This document shows, piece after piece, positions 1-9,900 of a DNA stretch of 64,000 nucleotides. Within the stretch, counting starts at the first letter, position 1, and every line of letters starts with the position of its first letter. Under the pieces are notes generated by a model. It was not told the origin of the DNA and did no database searches. It saw only the letters and a program-made list of their open reading frames with translations. Origin of the DNA: an uncultured Candidatus Poseidoniales archaeon (GTDB lineage Archaea; Thermoplasmatota; Poseidoniia; Poseidoniales; Poseidoniaceae); the NCBI GenBank assembly GCA_964015875.1, contig CAXHEV010000003.1:22947-86946 (forward strand), in the 5' to 3' direction. A program made the translations under genes and the position numbers.

Positions 1-283
1 CGGTAATGACCTCGTCGTCCAAGGCTGCAATCAGGGCGGTTTGGTAGGTTGTAACATCCCCCATTCTGTGACCGGAGTAATCTTCCTCTAGAGCGTCAAA
101 TGGATTTCGAACCTCGCCCCTAGCGACAGAAAGGCATTCGGCGGTATCGCTCGGACGAACACCAAGAGCGTCTGCTAGAACCCTCAAGATCTGAGCTTCG
201 TCATCAGTAATGATTTCATCACCCAACGCTTCATTCAGTGTTCGCAGGTAGAGGTAGAGTCCACGAGATGGTTCGAGTGCCAT
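1..283 (-). CDS. Hypothetical protein, TerB-like repeated helical motif; runs off the window edge
   Basis: Manual translation from ATG at 283: MALEPSRGLYLYLRTLNEALGDEIITDDEAQILRVLADALGV...YQTALIAALDDEVIT; open to position 1; the ALxDExIT(DDE) motif occurs twice. Confidence 0.6.
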   Translation of the reverse strand, partial: MALEPSRGLYLYLRTLNEALGDEIITDDEAQILRVLADALGVRPSDTAECLSVARGEVRNPFDALEEDYSGHRMGDVTTYQTALIAALDDEVIT

Positions 284-435
284 GAGCGGACCAGTCGGTT
301 GCGGTATTTAGAGACATATTGACGAATCTTGCGAGAATCTACAGTGTATACAAAAACCCCGGCCCGGGCCTTGTTCATCAAGACCTAGTAATCGCCTCTC
401 CTCTGGAAAGGCAACACTGCGAGCCTTTTTGCCAT

Positions 436-491
436 ATTACCTGTGTAATCGTTTGTATTACAAATTGTCATCAAAAAGAATATCTTTATGT
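436..491 (+). promoter_or_regulatory. Palindromic operator cluster plus BRE/TATA-like element upstream of the RHH gene
   Basis: ATTAC-ctgt-GTAAT (436-449), TGTAAT-N7-ATTACA (444-462), TTTGTA-T-TACAAA (452-464), then AAAAAGAA and CTTTATGT; AGGAG SD at 517-521. Confidence 0.5.
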
Positions 492-530
492 ACCCACCGT
501 GAGTAGGGCAGTATACAGGAGCCACCAACG

Positions 531-905
531 ATGACCGCACCAAGCAACCTCGTCTCACTCAGAATCACTGAGGAAGACATGATGCTGCTCGATGCCCGAA
601 TCGGCTTGGATGGTGCTCGAAACCGATCGGACGTCATTCGTCAGGCGATTCAACAATTCCTCAATGGCCAACCCCTCGTTCAAGGCATGGATTCCGTTAG
701 AATTCCACTCGGCCATGGCGACAAGCGAGCCCTAGGCCTGCTTTACGAGCTTCAAGGGACTACGCCAGAGATCGCAGCCCAAGAAGGGCTTTCACTTTAC
801 ATTGCAAACGCTGTCAAAGCGAATGCAGAACAGAACAAGCAACTCGAGGATTTGTTGGCAACTGCCAAGGAATCCACGATGCGACACGAAGAATACCACG
901 AGTGA
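531..905 (+). CDS. Ribbon-helix-helix (CopG/Arc/MetJ-like) DNA-binding protein
   Basis: N-terminal VSLRI..EDMMLLD...RNRSDVIRQAIQQFL RHH pattern; SD AGGAG upstream. Confidence 0.8.
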   Translation: MTAPSNLVSLRITEEDMMLLDARIGLDGARNRSDVIRQAIQQFLNGQPLVQGMDSVRIPLGHGDKRALGLLYELQGTTPEIAAQEGLSLYIANAVKANAEQNKQLEDLLATAKESTMRHEEYHE

Positions 906-932
906 GTGGGTGAGAGTGCTGGAGGGGATGGA

Positions 933-1124
933 ATGAATTGGCAAAACGAAACGGATGAAACTCGTGGCGCCACCTTCAATGCTGTACAGGAAAAGTCCAA
1001 CCTGTATGGATTAGCCGCTTTGTGTCTGCGTGCCCGTCTTGCACGCGCTGGACAAAACAACCCAACACACCTCCCCCCGAAAGACGGGCGGGGGGACTTT
1101 GATTCCACACGACCAGCAAGCTGA
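933..1124 (+). CDS. Putative 63-aa small protein (MNWQNETDE...)
   Basis: GGAGG at 921-925, 7 nt before an in-frame ATG at 933; directly follows the RHH gene; overlaps a hairpin-rich region. Confidence 0.4.
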   Translation: MNWQNETDETRGATFNAVQEKSNLYGLAALCLRARLARAGQNNPTHLPPKDGRGDFDSTRPAS

Positions 1125-1204
1125 GTCCGTGGTTCCCCCGTGCCCAGGCCCCCCACGATCCTGGGCACAATGACGCTCATCAGTGCAGCCGCTGGCTGTT
1201 GCAC
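982..1204. ncRNA. Candidate structured RNA: five hairpins with a loop-loop complement
   Basis: Stems 985-990/1001-1006, 1028-1033/1041-1046, 1072-1079/1089-1096, 1140-1148/1160-1168, 1183-1190/1194-1204; 1032-1040 GCCCGTCTT is the exact reverse complement of 1081-1089 AAGACGGGC. Confidence 0.4.
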
Positions 1205-1244
1205 CTCCCCAATCCTTTAGAGGGGTCGACTGTGAAGGGTGATT

Positions 1245-3356
1245 ATGACAACGGGGGCAGAACTCAGTTCTGGTGATGACTTCCCCTACTTGGCCCATCC
1301 AAAACCTCGACCGGGCCAAATCGAAATGATTCATGAGTCAAGAGAAGCCCTTCGAAATGGAGGCTATCACCTTGCTGCTGCACCGACTGGTATTGGTAAA
1401 ACTGCTGCTGCATTGGCGGCTGCATTAGAGATTGCAGAGAAAACCCCCGGTCAGAAAACCATCTTTTTCCTTACTTCACGTCAATCACAGCATCGCATTG
1501 TCGTAGATACTGTTCGCAGGATTAACCAGCGGAGAGTCGACCACGATCCGGTAACGCTGGTCGATATGATTGGCCAATCAGGCATGTGCGTTCAGCCGTT
1601 TGCCAAAGAGTCATCACATGTGTTTTCGATGATGTGCAGCACTGCCCGTCGTGAGAAAACGTGCAAACCATGGATCACCAAAGCACCTGGTTTGACAAAG
1701 CGAATCTTAGCCAGTCCGTTGCATGTTGATGAGTTGGTAGATCTAGCGAAGATTCACAGAGTGGACGGCGAAATCACCCAAACCTGCCCGTGGAAGGCGG
1801 CTCGTGAGGCGGCAAACCATGCCGATGTTTTTGTTGGCGATTACAACCACCTTTTCGATGAGGGCGTGCGAACATCGAGTCTTGAAGCGATGGGTATCTC
1901 CATGGAGGACATCATCCTCGTGGTTGATGAAGCTCACAATCTACCCGATCGAATACGCATGACGATGGAACGTGTCATCACCCCAACCATAGCAAGAAAC
2001 GCCACATTGGAACTGGAAGAATATGTTGGAACATTGACCAACCTCTACCAGCAAAATGGGGCCGATTCGACAGCAATCGAACTCGACATGGCCACGTGGG
2101 CCCTCGAAGTGATGAAAATTGCAAGGATAAAAACAGCGGACTTATTTCGTCGCTTGCACAATGAATTAACTGGAGACCAGAATGAGAGCCATGTTGAGGT
2201 CTCCACCTTCACAGAAATTTTCCATCGTGCATGCGATGAGTATGAAGGGATTTCAGGTCAGAGAACACTCACGGATAGTGAAGAAGAACCCCCTTTTGAG
2301 AAGCATGGAGTCAAGCGTGAACATCGCCTTCCACTGCTCGCAGATTTGTTGAGCCGGTGCGACATCGATCTTGATGCTGGAGAGGGTGAAGACCCTATGG
2401 AGCCTGACTCTCACCGCTTAGGTCATATCTTGAGTTGCGTCAATGAATTTGGTTCAACAACTGCTCTTTGTTTGGTGTTCAGCGCCAAAGGTAAGGAAGG
2501 TAAAATCACCTCACACCTCCTTGACCCTGGTTTAGTTTCAGGGCCAGTCTTTTCATCCACCTCTGGAGCAATTCTGATGTCGGGTACGCTTTATCCACCA
2601 CAAATGTATGCAGACATGTTGGCCCTACCGAAGGAGAACACCACGAAAACAGCCTATGCCTCGCCGTTCGCTGGTGAACGCCGGCCAGTCCTTGTCGCAG
2701 GAGATGTTTCGACCAAATACACTCAACGCTCACCTGCAATGTGGGATAAGATTCGAGCTCATATTCAAGCCCTTATCGATGGGACTCCGGGTCACATTGC
2801 CGTTTTCGCTCCCTCGTACAAAATGATGCAGGAAATTGTCGAAAACACTCATTTCAAAGGCGTACGCAAGGTGATTGAAAGCAGGGATTGGAGTAAGAGT
2901 GACATTGATGCACTCGTTGAACAACTACGTGGTGAGCGTGATGCTGGTCAGCGAATCTTGCTCTGTGGAGTCTACGGTGCTCGCTTGTCCGAGGGGATTG
3001 ATTACAACGGAGGTATCTTGGATGCTGTGGCATGTATCGGCATCCCGAATGCACCACCATCGGTTCGTTCCAACGCTTTGAAAAAATACGCTGGTGATCG
3101 ATTTGGAGCCAACAATGCATGGCGATATACGGTCACCCAACCAGCCATCAACGCTATTCTTCAGGCTATGGGCCGACCGATTCGATCAATTGGTGACCGA
3201 GCACTGATCCTCTTGCTCGACCAACGGCACACAGATCGGACCTATGCCACCTGTTATCCTAAAGACTTGAGAATGAATTCAACTAATGCACCAACCACCA
3301 CTGCAAGTTTTGCTCGACGCTTCTTTTCACGAGTTCACACCATTGATGAAGTGTAG
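1245..3356 (+). CDS. XPD/Rad3/DinG-family Fe-S ATP-dependent DNA helicase
   Basis: Q motif PRPGQ, Walker A APTGIGKT, Cys ligands (MC..MC..TC..TCPW), DEAH, SGT, SEGIDY, QAMGRPIR; start 1245 has TTTAG 29 nt upstream. Confidence 0.93.
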   Translation: MTTGAELSSGDDFPYLAHPKPRPGQIEMIHESREALRNGGYHLAAAPTGIGKTAAALAAALEIAEKTPGQKTIFFLTSRQSQHRIVVDTVRRINQRRVDHDPVTLVDMIGQSGMCVQPFAKESSHVFSMMCSTARREKTCKPWITKAPGLTKRILASPLHVDELVDLAKIHRVDGEITQTCPWKAAREAANHADVFVGDYNHLFDEGVRTSSLEAMGISMEDIILVVDEAHNLPDRIRMTMERVITPTIARNATLELEEYVGTLTNLYQQNGADSTAIELDMATWALEVMKIARIKTADLFRRLHNELTGDQNESHVEVSTFTEIFHRACDEYEGISGQRTLTDSEEEPPFEKHGVKREHRLPLLADLLSRCDIDLDAGEGEDPMEPDSHRLGHILSCVNEFGSTTALCLVFSAKGKEGKITSHLLDPGLVSGPVFSSTSGAILMSGTLYPPQMYADMLALPKENTTKTAYASPFAGERRPVLVAGDVSTKYTQRSPAMWDKIRAHIQALIDGTPGHIAVFAPSYKMMQEIVENTHFKGVRKVIESRDWSKSDIDALVEQLRGERDAGQRILLCGVYGARLSEGIDYNGGILDAVACIGIPNAPPSVRSNALKKYAGDRFGANNAWRYTVTQPAINAILQAMGRPIRSIGDRALILLLDQRHTDRTYATCYPKDLRMNSTNAPTTTASFARRFFSRVHTIDEV

Positions 3357-3414
3357 ACATTGTTCATCACGAGGAGGACGAAGGTTCATGGAGGCCGCAC
3401 ATTACCCACACCGC

Positions 3415-3888
3415 ATGGCAACATGGGAATCCCTACCAGTCGGCACTGACCACACGCAGGTAACTCCCGGTGAAATCGACGCACAGGGCGTGATTGGATT
3501 GACCGCAGAGGTCGAGCAGCTTCATGCAGAATTCCATCAACAAGCTAACCATCTCAACGAAGTTCAATCAATGCACGAAGAGGTATTGGTTTCCGCTGGC
3601 ATGCTCCCAGAAACTCACATGGCAGAAGTTCACCCTGATCGACAACTCAAGTGGATGGTTGAAGCGCTTCATGGCAAAGTCAATCCAGATGGATTGACCA
3701 TTCCTTTGCTTGGAGTCTCGGCCGAAGATGTCGCTCTGTTTACAAAAAAAGACGGCGAGCGGACCATGCTCAAACTTGTCGTTCAAGATGGAGACAATGA
3801 ACCACTTGAGCGTGAAATGCCTCTTCCTGAGGCTGACACAGAAGTCAGTGCCAACTACATCAACGGGCGGTTGCACCTTCGCTGGTGA
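3415..3888 (+). CDS. Hypothetical protein with an Hsp20/alpha-crystallin-like C-terminus
   Basis: C-terminal LEREMPLPEADTEVSANYINGRLHLRW resembles the sHSP AxYxNGxL motif; start 3415 chosen from TTCAT 30 nt upstream. Confidence 0.55.
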   Translation: MATWESLPVGTDHTQVTPGEIDAQGVIGLTAEVEQLHAEFHQQANHLNEVQSMHEEVLVSAGMLPETHMAEVHPDRQLKWMVEALHGKVNPDGLTIPLLGVSAEDVALFTKKDGERTMLKLVVQDGDNEPLEREMPLPEADTEVSANYINGRLHLRW

Positions 3889-3912
3889 GCCCTTCCGGCA
3901 ATGCGTTGTTCA

Positions 3913-6900
3913 TCAACGGACAGGGACCTTGGTAAGTCCTGAAATCTCCTGACCCATTCGCTCCAATGCTTGCTGTGCAGCGGCTTGGTGTTGGGTTCCA
4001 AGTTCTTCTCGACTGTACCGTGCTTGCTCAAACATATTGTCGAGGGCGACCAGCGCATCTTCTGAAATCTGCGGCATTGCTTGACGAATAGCCATTTCGA
4101 ATTCTCGAACCGTCTCGAAATCACGGCGTAGGAATCCGTGCTGTTGGAAGGCAGTGCAAAGGTTCTGGTAGCAAGTGAAGATGGCTTCACGAACTGAATC
4201 ACCTGCTGCAAGCAACTCTGCAGTGTAGGCAAAGATTTCTGCGGCTTCTTCCATCAGTTCCTGAGTCTTACGGCGACGGTAGAGCACTGTTCCAGCTGCA
4301 GCGGCAGCGGCGATCAAGAGCGCTAAGACATACACCCATGTTGGAACTGGCTCGGACACCTCTTCGTAATTGTACAATGGCGCCCATGGCGATTCTTCTG
4401 CCCTCGCATTGAATGCGGTTTTGCTTTGTTCGGAAAGACGTGGATCGTCAACGATGATTTCGAGGTAGACTTCACCCCATGTGCTCGCTTCCCCGTAAGG
4501 GGGGTCCGAGTTGAATTCGAATGATGCGACACCGTTTTCATCGGTGAGAGGTTGTTTTGGCGTCGATAGCTGAACACCACTTGCGTTGTAGAGGTAAATA
4601 GTGACCTTAACATCGGAGACACCTAGATTAGTATCCAAAGCAGTGATGACAACATTGCCAGCAATGTCTTCTTGTTCCCCTTCGATGACGGTATTGATTG
4701 AAGGTACAATATCTGCATTCACTTTGACATAGATCAAGTGACTTTCAGAAGCACCATTGAGGTACAAGACATCGTTTCTAGGTGAATCAATATGGAGGTA
4801 TTGACCTCCTGCATTCATCCACGCCGGGGCGATGCCATTCATCGAGAAGTTGCCGTTATTCCAAGCAATCTGAATGTTCTCAAGGCACCGGGCCCCTTCG
4901 CGCTTTGACACACAATCGGAACCGTTTCCAAGATAGAGTGTGAGGTTGTTGAAGACTTCACCTTGGCCTCCAATTTCAGAGACAGACCCTGTCAGGACAA
5001 TTGGTGAAAAGACGTCATCGCTACGAATCACAATGTTTTCTGATGTTCCATCGATGGTGATCTTGGTGTTGGACCAAACGAGTGCTGTTGCACTTGTCGA
5101 TGCTTCGAGGTGGGCGCTTGTCCCAGCAAAGGCTACGGTGAAGGTATGCTCGCCTCGAGTGAGTTCCATGGTCGCTGGTACAATTGCAGACCATGTTCCA
5201 TCAGCAAGAGTGACTGATGTTGCAACTTCCACATCATCCAAACGGATGCTGACCAGCATCGATGGCAAACCATCGTTGTTCACGGTATCAATATCGAAAA
5301 GTCGCCCGGACAGCGACCATGTGTCGCCACGTGTAGCGTCCCTGCCATCGTCGAAAATCAGCGTGATGTCTGAGCGATGGGCGAGGAAGAAGGTGGTGTT
5401 TCCTGCGTTTGAGCGATAGAAACCTTGTGCATCCGCACGCGCTTCTAAGGTATGGTTTCCGAACGAGAAAATGTCTGGGACGTACCAATCGAAGGTGAAA
5501 TCTCCGTTGGCGTCTGTAAGAACGCTCGCCAGCAACACACCTTCAACCGATAGGTCCACTGTGTGGCCTTCAATTCCCAACAATTGGTTATCGACAACCG
5601 ACCCTGAGATGGTGATGTTCTCTGCCACAGCGACTGGACTTTCCATGCTTACAGTCACCTGAACAGGGCTATAAATTGTCCATGTCCCACTTGCCTCACT
5701 TGGCAGGTAGAAGGTGGTGCCCGTGAACCGAGTTTCTAGAAGCAGCGGTCCGAGTGTAGCATCAGATGGTACCGGATAAATGGCAGTGAACGTACCGTTC
5801 GCATCGGTGGTGACATTGGTCATCCATTCGCCACCTAGCCAGACCTCAATCGTGAGACCTGGCAATGGCTCGTCAACCAAATCAAGGAGACGCCCCTGAA
5901 TGGTCATCGTTGCTTCTCGATTCACTTCGCCACCTGGGGTGAGAAGCAGAATCTTGGTTGGAACACTAACGTTGAAGTTTACTTGGTCGCTGCTTGGTAG
6001 GTAGTAATCTGGATTGATCAAATCACCTACACCGATTGGGTCGACCCAATCTCGACCTCCGAGGAAGCGGACTTCGATCAGGTGAGCACCTGCTGTAGTA
6101 TCTTCAGGCAAGGTCCACCCGAGAGTGAATGCCCCTGTTTGTGCATCGGTTTCAATGCTCGAGACTGGCACACCATCAACGAGCAAGTGCACAACTGCCA
6201 ACGACGGCACGCCGTTGATGAACAGTGGTTGACCAAGGTCGTCCATTAGCGTTCCATTGACCACAAACGCATCGCCTGCTGTGAGCGTTGTTGGTGCTTC
6301 TGTGATGCTGAGGTTTGTTTGACCGAGCACAACGAATTGTGTGGTTTCATTCGATCCAACCAGACCAGTTGTACCAGGTGTTCCTGCAAATTCCACATAG
6401 AGGTCTGTGGGTCCTACGCTGAGGTTTTCTGGAACCGAGATGCTGCCAATGGCCGTACCGTTAGCAAAGGTCGTGAACGACGAGAGAGCCAAACCTGGCA
6501 AACCGACCAAGACTTGTTGGTTTCCAACTGCTGTATCGGTGTTGTCCCTCAGTAGAATCTGGAATGAGACATTGTTGCCTCGTTCTGTTCGATCGTTCAG
6601 AGATGGATCTCCGATGCCGTCCAGGGCTGGTTTGATGAACAGCAGGGTAGTGAATCCTCGGCTGTCGAATGTCGTATTGGCTTCAGAACCAATGTAATAA
6701 TTGACGCCTGGGATAAATGAGGCTTCGATTCTGTTGGTGCCTGCTGGGAAAGCCGCACCAAGAGTGATTGTTGCGCTCCACAAACCACCTGTTTGGACAG
6801 TACCACCGCTAACGGTGAATCCTACTGGTTGATCGTTAACTGCGAACAGAATGTTCGCTGGGAGTAGACTTCCGTCACGTAGTTCGAGTCCGGATCCGTT

Positions 6901-9900
6901 GTCGCTCTGTACCGTACCTGTGACGTTAAACGAAGTTCCCGCTACGGGGTTGGCCGTAATCGTATCGACGACCAAGATTGTTGTCGAGCGGATGGTAATC
7001 GAAGAGAGATTCACGTTGGTAGCAAGAAGATCGACGCTACCGTTGAAGACCATGGTTACGGTGATCAACCCGAGAGGGTGGGTCGTCGGCACCAAATAAC
7101 TGAAGTTGGCAAAGCCCTCACCATCAGTTTGTGTTCCTGGTAGCCAACTTTCGTGGAACTCAATGTCCACGTCGTAGCCTCCAAGAGGCAAGAACAAGTT
7201 AGACGATTCAACCAATCGGGCGCTGATGTTGACTTCATCGCCACGGTTGACAAGGATTGGGTTCAGTGGTTGAATGTTCTCAAAGCGTGAGACACCCATG
7301 ACCAACATACCGTTTTGTGTGCTTGCTGTAAGATAGAATGGTGATGATCCCTCAATCACTGATATTACCAATACTTTGTTTCCACGTAGGGTTCCGTTTC
7401 CAGAGGTGTCTGTCGGGATGCTCATGTTGAATGTACCATTGACTGCCGTCTGGTAGCTGCCGACGAGCAGTTCATCCGGATTGCTGAGCCAGAATGCGCT
7501 TAGTTCAACAGGTGCGATCAATGGACGTGTTGCATCATCTCCATCCAGAACTTGACCGAGAACATTGAAGTTGAGCCCAGCAGTCACAGTCGTTGGTATG
7601 CTATCAATTCTGAAATTGCTCGGCACTTGTACGGTCAAGTTCACCAAGGTTGAGTTACCGGTGCGTCGAGTATTACCAACAGCAAGTGGATCGCTGAGGT
7701 CGTCATAGACAATCATCAGTACGTCATAGTAGCCAGGCGCGATTCCCGAAGCAGTCCAACCGGTGCTGGCGAATCCTGCTTCGTCTGAAATTGCAGTTCC
7801 AACAGATACATTCGTTCTGCCATAGTCAAAGATGAATTCAACCGTTGCATCACTAATGTTCGAATCATCTGCAACATCGGTCACAGTGACATTGAAATCA
7901 AGCGAACCGTTGACTTCGACGAGCAGATTTCGTTGACCAGTATCAACCACGAACTCTGATTCAAAGCCGACCAAAGTCGATGGAAGCGTTGGCGTTGCGG
8001 GTGGAACTGTGGTGTCGACAAATCGGTAGTATGGTCCGCCGACAGGCGCCTGATTTTCGAAATCCATGTTGAGAATGAACTCATATGCGTTTGATGGGCT
8101 TGTGGTTGGTACGGTGAAACTGAGGTTGTATTCACTCGTTGTGTTGTTGAGTAGGCCTTGTGCCAAATCAATAGGTTGACCTTCAATGGTCGTCATGATC
8201 AGCGAAAGCATGGTGATGTTATCGCCAAGCACCTTTCGATTGGTGTGAACTGCATCGAAGATGTCACCAAAGATGTAGGTAGAATTGCCCAAATGGGTCC
8301 AATCCTGAGCCAGCGTAATGTTCCAACCGACTTCTGCAGCCACACGTACCGAGGTCACACCAACCGATGGTTGGTACAAGTCTGAACCATTGTAAGAGAT
8401 GTCGAGTTGGTAATCACCAGCGTACATGTCAGAATCGAGCAACCAATTCAACGTGATGGTTTCACTTTCAGGGTCGACTGTCGTGTTGACCCATGAACCA
8501 TTGAAGGAGAAATCAAAGTTTCCGGAGGCGAGCAAATCGGTGTCCACGCCTCGGTGATCGACCATCGAAACGAGAACAACTGCTTCTGTATTCCTGAGTT
8601 GTGAAACCGATTGAGAGGTGAATTGCAACCAACCTCGCAAGAGGTAAGGTGCACCAGCGGACATGTTTGCATCGTCGGTAGCTTCAATCGAATCTGGATA
8701 GAAGCGAACTTGAAGTTCAATTTCACCGGCCGCAATCTGTGCAACACCCGCAGTCAAGAAGTGTTGAACCGAGAAGGTCCCGTTGACGGTCTGGTTGAAC
8801 ACTTCAATCCAATCAGTACCGCTACCAACTGAGCGCATTGAGAAGGAAAGGTTGCCGAGCATGGCAACTGGGTTCGCCCCAGATGTCAATGCAGACCCGT
8901 TCACCCAAATATTGTCGTCGATTTGAATGATGCTCTTGTTGGCAAGTGGACCCTCAAGCGTTGCAGTAAGGGTTGGCGCATCGCGAATATCCAAGAGAAT
9001 CGATTTGGTTGTTGGTCGCAAGTGGAACTGGACGGGTGTGATGCTTGGTTCCGAGGCATCTTGCCAACCTGAGAAACCAAGGGTAGCAGAGAGGTTTGTT
9101 TGCGTTTCCAGTGGGTCAAGTTCAACTTCAATGCTCCACGAACCATCGAAGCCAACGGCTGATGTGAGGTTGACTGAACCATTGATTGAGGAAGTGAAGC
9201 TTAGCCAGACTTCCGGAACAGAATCACTGCTTGCTATGGATGAGAACACATTGGCCGGGGTGTTCTCGAGGGAGAGTTGTCCGGTCACGATGGTGGTTGC
9301 ACCAGCACCAACAATTGGTGCGTTAATGGCGTTTGGTCCGGTGTGATTGATGAGTGCATCATCGGTTACATTGACATAGCCATCGTAGATGATACCGTCT
9401 TCAGAAACATATCCTGATTGAATGTGTTTAATGACAACCCTGTGAATGCCCGGCGCACCAGGTTCAAGTGGAGCACCAATGAATTCGAATGTACCGTTTT
9501 GATCGGTGATGAGGGCACCAATTTCGTAGTTAGGGATGGCAGCAGGTCCTGGCACGCCACCAACTTCTGCAAGCGGAACGAGATAGCCAACCATCGGCAG
9601 ATCCGTAATAGGGGTGGAATTGGTTGCAAAGCGCAACTGACCTGTCACATTGATGGAAGATGCACCTTCTCGGTCCCAAACCAACGTAGAGATGGTTTGA
9701 TTGACAATTTCAATTTCCTCGGCAGCAGGGCACGCATCAAAAGCAATCCAGCCGAGGTCAGTGTTTCCATTGGCGCTGTTTTGTTGGAGGCGGACTTCAC
9801 CCCATGTTGTGCGATCTTGTGGGAACACGGCATAGCCGTCTCCATTCCAGGTTCCTCCGGCAAATCCACTCACATAGCGTGCTGGCAATCCAGCAAGCCT

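Noticed and set aside
398..411. TCCTCTGGAAAG resembling an ORB origin box
   Set aside because: Single imperfect copy and no orc1/cdc6 gene seen nearby
901..1240. RNase P RNA, SRP RNA or hammerhead ribozyme as the identity of the hairpin region
   Set aside because: Fragments resemble consensus pieces (GGAAAAGTCC on plus; GTGCAACAG, ACACAAAGCGGCTAA and CTGATGAG on minus), but they are on mixed strands or out of order; there is no SRP helix-8 motif and no GAAA partner for a hammerhead core
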